The notes under the pieces were generated by a model. That model had not been told where the DNA came from and did no database searches. It saw only the letters and a list, made by a program, of their open reading frames with translations. A stretch of DNA of 64,000 bases from Novosphingobium sp. GTDB taxonomy: Bacteria; Pseudomonadota; Alphaproteobacteria; Sphingomonadales; Sphingomonadaceae. Numbering within the stretch: the stretch's first letter is position 1; the number at the start of each line of letters is the position of its first letter. Shown here one piece after another: positions 10,993-20,347 of this stretch. The translations under genes and the position numbers were made by a program. Location: NCBI GenBank assembly GCA_046063245.1, contig JBJTLX010000212.1, forward strand, positions 389-64,388. Direction: 5' to 3'.

Positions 10993-12431
10993 GCCGACTG
11001 CGCCGCGCTTGCAGCCGGACCTGGAGCGTCGCTTCGCTGGAACTGGTCGCGCGTTGGCCGCGACTGCTGCGCCGTGCGCAAGGCAAGCGCTGCGCCGGCA
11101 AAGACCGAAAACGCAGTTGCCGGGTTGGCCTGTGGCGAGCCGACCAGTGCCGGGATCAGGCTAAACACGGCCGTGCAGGCGAAGGCCCCGCCGAGGGTTT
11201 GATCGATATCCTGACCCAGGCCCCAGGTCGACCGGCGGGACGGCTGCAGTACGGCTCGCAGATAGAGAAGGAACGAACCGATCCCGATCGCGCCCATCGA
11301 GCCGAGGATGGCCGTGGCCATGCTGGAGGATCGAAAACTGCCGGGTCCGATGCCCAGCCCGTAGGATGACCAGAACGCGTGAACGCCCTGCATCGCCCAG
11401 AACAGACGTTGCTGGCCTGAGAAGCTGGTCGATTTTCCCACGGTCATCGACAGGATCAGGTCGGAGATCGCTTCCAGGACCTGGGGTACGAGCGCCATCG
11501 CGATTGCTACGAACACCGCGCCTGTCAGCAGCACGGCCAACAGGCGCTTCATCTTTCCTCTTGGAACCAGGACCGGGATTGCGAGGGCGCGAAACAGAAA
11601 GAACGCGACATAGAAAGCGATGGACACATAGGCGGTTGACGATGTGCTCATCACCAGGATTGCGACCAGGGCGATCGCCAGAAGCCCGGTTTGGCCGGGC
11701 CGGATATTGCGGTACCAGAGCTCCACGCTGGCGACGAGGAACACGAAGCAGGCCCCGGCATAGGTCGATGCCTCGGGCATAAAGCCGCGAATGCGCACGA
11801 AGCCGTCCACTTCCACGCTCATTTGCACGTAGTCCCCGTTGCGGAAGATGGCCAGGGCGTCTTCCAATGGTGTTCCGCGGCCAACGAGGTCGAGCACTCC
11901 GGATACGATGAAGAACCACCCGCCCCAGATTGTGGCGGAGACCAGGGCCGCCCCGCCTTTGCTGCGGGCAAGCACGTAGGCGGCAAGGGCGACAAGGATG
12001 GTGCCAAGCATGTAGGATCCGGCCGTCAGGTTCTGCGCAGTCGGCGCCAGCGGAAAGACTTCGAACACGCCGGCATTGAGGATCGGGCGCATAGGAAAGA
12101 CGCTGATCCTGCCGCCAAAGAGCCGTGGGCCGATGACGGCCATCGCGATGCCGTAGAAGCAGAACAGCAAGAGCCACGCATTCGCGCGGATCGCATCCGG
12201 GAAATGGCCGTAGGTCCCGCCCCTGGGAGCAGCGATCCTGAGCAGAACGAACACAAGCGCAAACTGGGCTGGCGGGATCGACGAGCCGCCCAATGCCGGC
12301 AACAGGATTGCAGCCGATCCTTCGAGCAGGCTGCTGAAAATCAGAAACAGGAAGGCCGAGTTCGAGCTGCCGAGAAGCACGATCATCAGCCCGAAGACGA
12401 TCTGTACCATTCCGATGGCGGTCAGTTCCAA
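10989..12431 (-). CDS. Polytopic membrane protein, probable Wzy polymerase / O-antigen-ligase-like
   Basis: Many TM segments; RIRGFMPEAS, STSSTA and GLGIGPGSF motifs; TTG start; EPS context. Confidence 0.65.
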   Translation of the reverse strand: MELTAIGMVQIVFGLMIVLLGSSNSAFLFLIFSSLLEGSAAILLPALGGSSIPPAQFALVFVLLRIAAPRGGTYGHFPDAIRANAWLLLFCFYGIAMAVIGPRLFGGRISVFPMRPILNAGVFEVFPLAPTAQNLTAGSYMLGTILVALAAYVLARSKGGAALVSATIWGGWFFIVSGVLDLVGRGTPLEDALAIFRNGDYVQMSVEVDGFVRIRGFMPEASTYAGACFVFLVASVELWYRNIRPGQTGLLAIALVAILVMSTSSTAYVSIAFYVAFFLFRALAIPVLVPRGKMKRLLAVLLTGAVFVAIAMALVPQVLEAISDLILSMTVGKSTSFSGQQRLFWAMQGVHAFWSSYGLGIGPGSFRSSSMATAILGSMGAIGIGSFLLYLRAVLQPSRRSTWGLGQDIDQTLGGAFACTAVFSLIPALVGSPQANPATAFSVFAGAALALRTAQQSRPTRDQFQRSDAPGPAASAAQSA

Positions 12432-12607
12432 GCTGCGCTCCCTGTTGGCGGGGAGATCGCCCGCAGTGCGGTTCGGCGATCCCCTCTGACATGAAGTGAA
12501 TGACTGCTCATGATATCCGCGAAGCTACCACTTACGGACAAATTGCCGCCATGACGCATTGGGATTAGCCAACCCGGAGACCGGCAAGGCGCGGTTGAGG
12601 GCAAGGC

Positions 12608-13567
12608 ATGAATGATCCGATCCTGCGAAGAATGCGGCGCGTTGCCCGTTCTCTGACTGAACCATCCGGCTGGCGCTCGCTGCGCTATGTTTCGGGATAC
12701 GATTCGCGAAACGAGGCCGGCGTGGCGTCACCGCCCTGTATCGCGGTGGAACGCATCGTTCCGGCGCCGCCTGGTCGGCAGGACAGGATTCCCCCATTGA
12801 TCTTCCAGACTTGGAAGAGCCGCTCCGACATTCCGGTCAACTACCGCTATTGGCGCCAGACGTTTATCCGGAACAATCCGGAAGCGCAGGTGGTGCTGTG
12901 GGACGATGACGACAATCGCGCCTTCATCGCAGCAGAATTCCCCTGGTTCTTGCCGGTATACGAGCAGTTCCCGCGGGAAATATTCCGCGCTGACGCCGTC
13001 CGCTACTTCTTCCTGTTTGCTTACGGCGGCCTTTATGCCGACATGGACAGCGAATGTCTGCGGCCCCTTCGCCTCGGCCAGCGCAGCGAAGAGGTGCTGC
13101 TCGGACGGATGGGTTCCGACACCGCTTTCGAGCACTCGGTACCAAATGCCCTGATGGCCTCGCGTCCAGGACAGGCATTCTGGCTTCTGGTCATCCGCAA
13201 CCTTTGCGACATGGCCAAGCTGCATCACACAAATGAGACGATGACGGCTTCCGGGCCGGAGCAGATGACCGGGCCCATCCTGCTCAAGCGCAGCTTCGAC
13301 GAGTATCAGCACTTGAGCCAGAATGCCCTAGAAGAGCGGATCGCGCCGATTCTGGGGAAACTTGGCAGCTGCCAGAAGCAATCCGTCAGGTTTGGCCGCA
13401 TCACGTTGCTGGACCGGAGATCATGGTATCCGCTTGATTGGACCAATCCGTTCCACAAGAAGCTGCGCAGCCACCTCGATCGCAAGACCCGCCTGCTTCC
13501 AGCCGATACCGCGCGTTGGATATTTCCACGCGCCGAACTGGTCACCTACTGGAGCCATTCCTGGTAG
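12608..13567 (+). CDS. Glycosyltransferase family 32 (OCH1/SUR1-like, DXD)
   Basis: IPPLIFQTWK, RADAVRY, YGGLYADMD, NALMAS and TGP motifs. Confidence 0.88.
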   Translation: MNDPILRRMRRVARSLTEPSGWRSLRYVSGYDSRNEAGVASPPCIAVERIVPAPPGRQDRIPPLIFQTWKSRSDIPVNYRYWRQTFIRNNPEAQVVLWDDDDNRAFIAAEFPWFLPVYEQFPREIFRADAVRYFFLFAYGGLYADMDSECLRPLRLGQRSEEVLLGRMGSDTAFEHSVPNALMASRPGQAFWLLVIRNLCDMAKLHHTNETMTASGPEQMTGPILLKRSFDEYQHLSQNALEERIAPILGKLGSCQKQSVRFGRITLLDRRSWYPLDWTNPFHKKLRSHLDRKTRLLPADTARWIFPRAELVTYWSHSW

Positions 13568-13676
13568 ATCCGGCCGAAGGGTCGGAATGCGCAATAAGGA
13601 CTAATCCTTTTCAGCACGTGCCGCGCGCCCGTGTAACGCGCAAAAGCGAAGCCGGAAAACGCGAACGGCGGTGTTC

Positions 13677-14747
13677 ATGAAGGTCGGGTCCATTACCGCT
13701 TCGGACGAAGCTACCCCGCTTGAAATTGTCGTCTCGCCCGCCGAGTGGCGCAGCCGCCTTCCCGGCGATTCCACCCCGATGCAGCACTACGTCTGGAACG
13801 AGGCATGTCTTGCCGCGCTGTGTCGGTCCCACCAGGCGATTGTCCTGGCTCCCCCCGGGGGTGTCGCTGCCCTGGTCCGCAAGGGTATCATCCCGACCCT
13901 CTATCTGGCCGGCGCCGAGGAACTCGCCGAACCGAGCGAGCCTACCTATGCCGATGCCGCGGCGGCGCGGCGAATGGCGCAGGCGATCCTGGCTCACAGG
14001 CTTCCTGTCCGACTTGGGCAGCCCTTGGCGCAAACGGACTTTGCAACCGAGTTCCTGGATTGCGCCCGGCGCTCTGGCCTGGTGATTACACGGCCGACCG
14101 AAGGTTCGCCGTTTATCGATCTTGATCAGTCCTGGGTGTGCGCACTGGACCGTTTCAGTACGCGGCGTCGCTCCGATTTCCGCCGCATGCAACGCAAGGC
14201 CGCGGAGTTTGGCGCTGTCGACGTCGAGTTCCACGAGCCCGCAGCCGATGCGGTTTCCGCGCTGCTTGAACAGGCGATCGCGATAGAGGCGAAAGGATGG
14301 AAGGCCCGCAATGGCACCGCCATCGCCGACAACCCTGATCAGCTGGCCTTTTTCCGCGCCTATGCCCCGCGCGCTGCCGCGCTCGGTACCTTCCGCATCG
14401 CCTTCCTCAAACTTGGAAACGAACTGGCCGCGGTGCAGATCGCTGCCGAATGCGATGGCAGTTTCTGGCTATTCAAGATCGGATATGACGAACGCTTCGC
14501 GCGGTGCTCCCCAGGTCAGCTTTTGATGCTCGAGAGCATTCAACGCGCCGCGCGCAAGGGGCTCAAGCGATTCGAGTTCCTGGGCAAGTCGGCCGAATGG
14601 ACGCGGTTCTGGACCGAGGCCGAACGCCCGCGAATGAGGTTGCTCTATTACCCCTGGAATGGCGTCGGTGCCGCGGCGCTGCTTAGGGACACGATTTCGC
14701 TTGGGCGCAAGAAGTTCAAGAACGGACTGGTCGGCAGGAAGGCGTAG
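13677..14747 (+). CDS. GNAT acetyltransferase, CelD/BcsL family (second copy)
   Basis: IEAKGWK, KIGYDERFARCSPG and FEFLG motifs. Confidence 0.85.
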   Translation: MKVGSITASDEATPLEIVVSPAEWRSRLPGDSTPMQHYVWNEACLAALCRSHQAIVLAPPGGVAALVRKGIIPTLYLAGAEELAEPSEPTYADAAAARRMAQAILAHRLPVRLGQPLAQTDFATEFLDCARRSGLVITRPTEGSPFIDLDQSWVCALDRFSTRRRSDFRRMQRKAAEFGAVDVEFHEPAADAVSALLEQAIAIEAKGWKARNGTAIADNPDQLAFFRAYAPRAAALGTFRIAFLKLGNELAAVQIAAECDGSFWLFKIGYDERFARCSPGQLLMLESIQRAARKGLKRFEFLGKSAEWTRFWTEAERPRMRLLYYPWNGVGAAALLRDTISLGRKKFKNGLVGRKA

Positions 14748-14754
14748 GTCGCTC

Positions 14755-15894
14755 ATGGGCACATTGCGAAGTTTCGAGCGCATCTTCGGCTTTCTAGTTG
14801 CGCAATTGCTGCTGCTTGGGCTGTTCGAGGCCATTGGCTTTTCAGTCGCGCTTGGCGGTACTTCGCTGCTCGACCGGTCGAACAGTGTTGCTGCGGGTCT
14901 TTCTGTTGCTGCCTCCCTCCTCGTGCTTCTCGCGACCGGGTGGTTCGCCCTGCTCGAACCAGTCGATACCTATTGGGGCGTAAGCGCTAGGCTGCGCGTG
15001 TCGAAATGGCTTATCAGGGTGCTTCTGTTGACCGCGAGCGTCGTGATCTGCCTTGCTGCGCTGATCTTCGGTTCCGGTCGCGAAAAGGTCGGACGAATCG
15101 ATTTCTTCGAGTTCGCCGACATTGCGCTTATCGCGCCGATCGCGGTCACCTTGTTCTTGTTGATCTCGGCCGTGCGTCGTTGGCAGTCGATCCGGCACGA
15201 GCTTGCCGCAATGCGCAATTCCTTGCGCGGCTTCAATGCCGGGCGATTGGAGCGGATAACCCTTTCCATCGCCGATGAAGCAGGTTTGGCGGGCGTATCG
15301 GTCCGCCCCAATCCGCGCGGATTCAGCTTTGCCGGCCTGACTTCGAAGCCATGGCACGATCCTGCCGATTTTCCCTGGCTGCAAGGATTTGTCGGCGCGA
15401 CTTCGGCGATCCGGCAGGAGGCGGAACAGGCGTTGCGGCTGCATTGCGACCGGGTGGAAAAATATCACTATGTCGGACTTGGTGGTGATTTCTGGTCCAA
15501 CTTCAGCTTCGTCAAACGCCACGAGGAAATCGCCGAAAACCTGGCTCTCTGTCCAACTGTTGCGGCCTTGCTCAAGACCATTCCCGGCTACCCCGGTTTT
15601 CGCGATGCGATGTTTTCGATTCTTGGCCCGCAAGGTCATATCAAGCCCCACCGCGACGTTTCGAACGTCTTCCTGACCCTGCATCTCCCGTTGGTTGTAG
15701 AAGGGGAGGGCAGCATCACGGTTGGCGGCATCTCGCGGCGCTGGCGAGTTGGCGAGCCGCTCGTATTCGATTCGTCCTATCAGCATGAAGCCATCAATCG
15801 CGCAGACAACCCGCGGATCATTCTGCTGGTGGATTTCCCGCATCCGGAACTTACCCGCGAGGAAGCCACCTGGGTCAGGGCATCACGGATCTAG
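14755..15894 (+). CDS. Membrane-anchored aspartyl/asparaginyl beta-hydroxylase (LpxO-like) 2OG-Fe(II) dioxygenase
   Basis: About 4 N-terminal TM helices; C-terminal FSIL..HIKPHRD, LHLPL and FDSSYQHEAIN..R motifs. Confidence 0.82.
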   Translation: MGTLRSFERIFGFLVAQLLLLGLFEAIGFSVALGGTSLLDRSNSVAAGLSVAASLLVLLATGWFALLEPVDTYWGVSARLRVSKWLIRVLLLTASVVICLAALIFGSGREKVGRIDFFEFADIALIAPIAVTLFLLISAVRRWQSIRHELAAMRNSLRGFNAGRLERITLSIADEAGLAGVSVRPNPRGFSFAGLTSKPWHDPADFPWLQGFVGATSAIRQEAEQALRLHCDRVEKYHYVGLGGDFWSNFSFVKRHEEIAENLALCPTVAALLKTIPGYPGFRDAMFSILGPQGHIKPHRDVSNVFLTLHLPLVVEGEGSITVGGISRRWRVGEPLVFDSSYQHEAINRADNPRIILLVDFPHPELTREEATWVRASRI

Positions 15895-15931
15895 CCATCC
15901 ATCTTATCATCTCCATTACCCCCAAAGGGCG

Positions 15932-17242
15932 ATGGCATCGCACCTGGATTGGCGGCATTTTTTGGGCATGAAGCAGCTCGCCGCAACCTGGAAGGGCCCA
16001 TCCGACCTGTCCGCCTGGCTGTCACGGGAACTGGCCTTGCTTGTCTGGACCGGCTCGCCCCGCAAGCAGCTGATGTTTGCAGCCCCTCTGATCGGCGGCA
16101 GCCTGTTCGGCGCCAGTCTCCTGCTAGCGAGCGTGCCTGCGCAGCAACCAAACAGAGCAGAGCAACGGATCGCTCTTGTCCGTGAAGAGTTCACTCCGCC
16201 GATGGTGCGGTTGCTGGAAGAAATGAACAGGGCGAGTCGCGGTGCATCTCCGGGCGCTTCCCTACAGGACGCCAAGCTGACCGGTCCGATCGCGGCGCCG
16301 TTCGTCTACGGCGATGTCGGTGCGGATCGGGACCGCGCCTTGACGTGTCTGGCAACAGCCGCCTGGTTTGAGGCCGGCAGAGATCCAGCGGGCCAACGCG
16401 CGGTGATGCAGGTGGTGCTCAATCGGGTGCGCCATCCAAGCTTTCCCAAGTCGGTCTGCGCGGTTGTCTTTCAGGGGGCGGAACGGCGGACGGGATGCCA
16501 GTTCTCGTTCACGTGCGACGGATCGATGAGCCGGCGCATACCTTCTCCCGTGGCTTGGGCTGAGGTCAGGGCGCGCGCCACCAGCGCTCTCGATGGCGCA
16601 GTCGATCCGGACGTAGGGCAAGCTACACACTTTCATGCCGACTATGTAAATCCATGGTGGGCCGCAAAGCTTGATCCGATCGTCAAGATCGGTGCGCATA
16701 TCTTCTACCGCTGGAGCGGGGCGCGCGGGGCGCTGGGATCGGCCAACACCACATTGACGAAGGAAACTTTTCCCGCGCTTGCGATCGCCTACAATGCCAA
16801 CGTTGCGCCCACGGGTCGCAGCGGTGTGGTGCTCGATGCCGTGGCGGCGGCTGGCAGCCTCCCGAAGGTCCCCACATTGCGAGAAGATGCCGTTCGAATG
16901 GCGAAGCTGGCTGTTGAAACAGAGCCGATGGCGGCTGCCCCCGCTTCGCAGCACGAACTCGTCATGCATGTTGACAGGAACGGCCCGAACGGCCGCTGGG
17001 CGCTATCGGCAATGAGTCTCTGTTCGGGGAGCGGGGCGTGCCGCGTCATTGCGGCCGACGATGGCGCTTCAAGCGCCCCAAGAGAACCCGGGCAAGGCGA
17101 AGCGCAAGCGCGGCCGCTTTTCCTGTTTGCGCGCGACGCGGCAGGAATGCAGGTCGCGCTGTGGGATTGCGAGCGGGCACCGCGTCCCCGCACCGATCAG
17201 TGCTTGCCATCGGGAGCAGAGCTCAAGGCGCTCCTCGACTGA
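15932..17242 (+). CDS. Cell-wall hydrolase (Hydrolase_2, SleB/CwlJ-like)
   Basis: CLATAAWFEA, AVMQVVLNRVRHP, CQFSFTCDG, ATHFHADYV and HIFY motifs; start uncertain (15932 or 15968). Confidence 0.85.
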   Translation: MASHLDWRHFLGMKQLAATWKGPSDLSAWLSRELALLVWTGSPRKQLMFAAPLIGGSLFGASLLLASVPAQQPNRAEQRIALVREEFTPPMVRLLEEMNRASRGASPGASLQDAKLTGPIAAPFVYGDVGADRDRALTCLATAAWFEAGRDPAGQRAVMQVVLNRVRHPSFPKSVCAVVFQGAERRTGCQFSFTCDGSMSRRIPSPVAWAEVRARATSALDGAVDPDVGQATHFHADYVNPWWAAKLDPIVKIGAHIFYRWSGARGALGSANTTLTKETFPALAIAYNANVAPTGRSGVVLDAVAAAGSLPKVPTLREDAVRMAKLAVETEPMAAAPASQHELVMHVDRNGPNGRWALSAMSLCSGSGACRVIAADDGASSAPREPGQGEAQARPLFLFARDAAGMQVALWDCERAPRPRTDQCLPSGAELKALLD

Positions 17243-17326
17243 CCGGAAGCTGAAGTCTGGAGACGTGTCAGGGCGGCAAAGACTGCGCTGACGGGTCGAT
17301 ATGGCTCTCGGTATGGGGGCGCCGGC

Positions 17327-17986
17327 TCAGCTTGCCCAGGTGCCGGAATTGTACCCGTGCGAACTGGCCCAGATCGCCGCCTGTGTGCGGTTGCTGACGC
17401 TGAGCTTGCGCAAGATCGCTTTTACGTGGACCTTCACCGTTGCCTCGCAGACCTCGAGCTTGCGGGCGATCACCTTGTTCGGATGTCCGGCCATCAGGCA
17501 GCACAAAACGTCATCTTCGCGCTGCGAAAGCTTGGCATCCGCCAGTGAGGCACCGAGTTCGGTCGGCGCGAACGCCATGCTGGTCGGACGGTCGAAAATG
17601 TCGACCAGATCGGGCGGAAGGACACGTTCCCCCGCCGCAGCGAGGCGCAGCGCTGCTATCATCGGTTCCGCGCGCGTGGACTTGATGATGAAGCCTTGTG
17701 CGCCGGCATGAAAGCAGCTGACCATCGCATTGAGATCGAACCGATCGGCGAGCACAACGACGATCGCCGAGGGCTTGAGTGCTTTCGATTGTTCAATGAC
17801 ATGCGAAAGATCGGTAGCCGGGGTATCGTCGACCACGATGATCACGTCTTCCGGACCGCTATCTACGCGAAGTCCGGCATAGTCCTGGTGGGAAGCAATC
17901 ACCAGGAAACCGTTGTTTCGCAAGATGCTGGTCAGGCCTTCACGCGAAATCTCGCTCGGACTGATCAAGATTACATCCTGGTACAT
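17327..17986 (-). CDS. LuxR/NarL-family response regulator
   Basis: Receiver-like N-domain (GAQGFIIK) and HTH LSQRE...NKVIARKL...TVKVHVKAILRKL...NRTQAA. Confidence 0.92.
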   Translation of the reverse strand: MYQDVILISPSEISREGLTSILRNNGFLVIASHQDYAGLRVDSGPEDVIIVVDDTPATDLSHVIEQSKALKPSAIVVVLADRFDLNAMVSCFHAGAQGFIIKSTRAEPMIAALRLAAAGERVLPPDLVDIFDRPTSMAFAPTELGASLADAKLSQREDDVLCCLMAGHPNKVIARKLEVCEATVKVHVKAILRKLSVSNRTQAAIWASSHGYNSGTWAS

Positions 17987-18166
17987 CGTCGCCCCCGCAA
18001 AACCGGCAAAAACCGCAGGGATTGCGGGTTCATGCCATTCTCCAAGTTGCGTTCGCGGCGAATCCACGAACACTATTTGCGACTCCGATCCGGTTTGATT
18101 AACTAACAATTGAGCCACTGCACTGCAGGAATCAACTGGTGAATTTTTATCTAAGAATTACAGTTA

Positions 18167-18787
18167 CTAAAAGAAGGATTCGCGCACGGTTATCGTGTCG
18201 CCGGGCGCAATCATCAACGATCTCCCGGCAAGGCGCACCTTCTTTGCCGAAGGCCAGTCCTGCCGTTTGATCTGGACCGTGGCTCGGTCCGCGCGAGGGG
18301 TGAAGCCACCAGCTTTGGCGACCGCCTGCTCGAGCGTGAGCCCGGAAGCATAGGCATACTCGCCAGGCTTGCTGACCTCACCCAGAATGAAGAACGGGCG
18401 ATGCTCGAGCACTTCAACCGAAACCCGAGGGGACAGGACGTACCCGCCGTTCTTAAGCTCCGCTCCGATCATTTCGGCGAGTTGGCCGGCCGTCTTGCCG
18501 CTAGCGTCGATTGCCGAAATCAAGGGCATGGCAAGTGTGCCGCCGTCGCCGATCCCATACTCGCCGGTCAGGGACTTCTCGTCGAAGATCGTGACCTTGA
18601 GCTTGTCTCCGGCAGAGATCCGATAGCCGCTGTCGATGTCGCCGTTAACTGACTGAAGCGAGGCAACGGGCAGTCCTTGCTGCGCGCAACCCTGCAAGCC
18701 AGCCAGCATTAGCCCCGCCAGGCCGATCCGAAGCCAAGCCAGCCCATTTGCCTTGTGTGCAGATGCATGCCGGAAATCGCCAGTCAT
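18167..18787 (-). CDS. wza: Polysaccharide export lipoprotein Wza
   Basis: Lipobox LQGC; YRISAGDKL, MPLI, FFILGEVSKPGEY and PGDTITV motifs. Confidence 0.9.
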   Translation of the reverse strand: MTGDFRHASAHKANGLAWLRIGLAGLMLAGLQGCAQQGLPVASLQSVNGDIDSGYRISAGDKLKVTIFDEKSLTGEYGIGDGGTLAMPLISAIDASGKTAGQLAEMIGAELKNGGYVLSPRVSVEVLEHRPFFILGEVSKPGEYAYASGLTLEQAVAKAGGFTPRADRATVQIKRQDWPSAKKVRLAGRSLMIAPGDTITVRESFF

Positions 18788-19097
18788 CGCTCTGTTCCTT
18801 CCACCGCGATCCCATCGCGCTCACGCAATCCCGGCGGTCGCCGAAGGTCCAGATGGCGCGCGATCATGATCAACCGAATTGCCATCTTAGGGTGAGCAAA
18901 CGACGATGGACATTATCATTTGGAGGTGGGGCGCGGACCTTCGGCAGCGCCAATCCTAGCCCTAAGGGATTAAACGCCGGCTACGCCCGATGCCCGGTTG
19001 TCGCACGGGGCAAACTGCGAAATCGTGCTGAGCAGAGGGCTGCTCCGGAGAAGCTGGAGATTCCGGGCGCGGCCACGTTTGGCACAACATGTTGAGC

Positions 19098-19904
19098 ATG
19101 ATGCATCGGACAAGCATGGATTTTTTTGCCGATCAGGAGTCCGTCCGTGGCGATGCGGCCGATGACGGCCTGCGTTCGGCGCGCAGGATTGCGGAAGACT
19201 TGCTGATCCTGACCGATTCCCGTCCGACTAGACAGGAGCCGGAGGCGGGATCGCAAGGCGCCCAATCCGCATCCGCGAACTTGCGCAAAAGAACCATCGA
19301 AGCGATCAGCAGACTGCTCGATCTCGCGGCGACACTCACGTTTATCGTCGTTTTGTTTCCGGCGATGTTGCTCCTGACAATTGCTGTTGCGATCGATGCC
19401 AAGGGTTTGCCGATTTTTGCGCACCGGCGGATCGGCAAAGGCGGTCGTCCGTTCGATTGCTACAAGTTCCGGACGATGTGCCACGATGCCGAAGCCCGGC
19501 TCGAATCCATCCTTGTCGAAAATCCGGAAATGCAGCGCGAGTGGAACGAGCACCACAAGCTGAGCAACGACCCGCGGATCACCCGCTTCGGCCATTTCCT
19601 TCGCGAAACCAGCCTCGACGAACTGCCCCAGCTGTTCAATGTGCTGTTCGGCGACATGGCCCTGGTCGGGCCAAGACCGATCGTGCAGGCCGAACTCCCC
19701 CGCTATCACCGCTATCTGTCAAGTTACCTTAGCGTCAAACCTGGGTTGACCGGACTGTGGCAGGTCACGTGCCGCAGCGAATCGACCTATCGCCGGCGTG
19801 TCGCGATCGACCGGGTCTACGCCGCGCGCAAATGCTTGCTGCTCGATGTGCGGATCCTTTTCGCCACAGTTCCAGCCGTGCTTTCACGCAAGGGAGCATG
19901 CTGA
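19098..19904 (+). CDS. Priming sugar (phosphoglycosyl) transferase, ExoY/WcaJ-like
   Basis: YKFRTM, DPRITRFG, TSLDELPQL, MALVGPRP and KPGLTGLWQV motifs; start uncertain. Confidence 0.93.
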   Translation: MMHRTSMDFFADQESVRGDAADDGLRSARRIAEDLLILTDSRPTRQEPEAGSQGAQSASANLRKRTIEAISRLLDLAATLTFIVVLFPAMLLLTIAVAIDAKGLPIFAHRRIGKGGRPFDCYKFRTMCHDAEARLESILVENPEMQREWNEHHKLSNDPRITRFGHFLRETSLDELPQLFNVLFGDMALVGPRPIVQAELPRYHRYLSSYLSVKPGLTGLWQVTCRSESTYRRRVAIDRVYAARKCLLLDVRILFATVPAVLSRKGAC

Positions 19905-20347
19905 TGCCGCAGGAACCGGATCAACGCATCAGGAACACCACCAGGACCCAGAGCCCCAAGGCCACAGGTAGGGCCCAGACAAGACTCCGTGCGAAGCTAC
20001 GTTGCGGCCCGCGTTTTCCCTTATCGGCCAGCGGCTCGATCCGCGGCGTCGTGTCATCCATGATCACTGCTCTGAACATTACGCCGAAAGGCCTACCACC
20101 TTTGGGTAGTCCGCACCAGCATCGCGCGCGCGATTTCCGCGGTGTGCGGTCGCCTGACTATGCACCAGGTCCACGGGCCATGGTCCGGGCGGGCGCAATT
20201 CGGCTCGTGTGGGACGAGATCGCAGCCATCGGCCTTCTGCTAAGGGTAGCTCTTGCCGAGGACTGCGACAGGGAAAAATGCGTCCAGCAGATCATCTATC
20301 TGGGTGGACCGCGCAAACATGGGCCGCGCCCGTTACTTGTTCCAAGG

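Noticed and set aside
19757-20347. Long N-terminal extension of the OM beta-barrel ORF
   Set aside because: Overlaps the sugar transferase and a motif-bearing promoter region; the signal peptide begins near 20348
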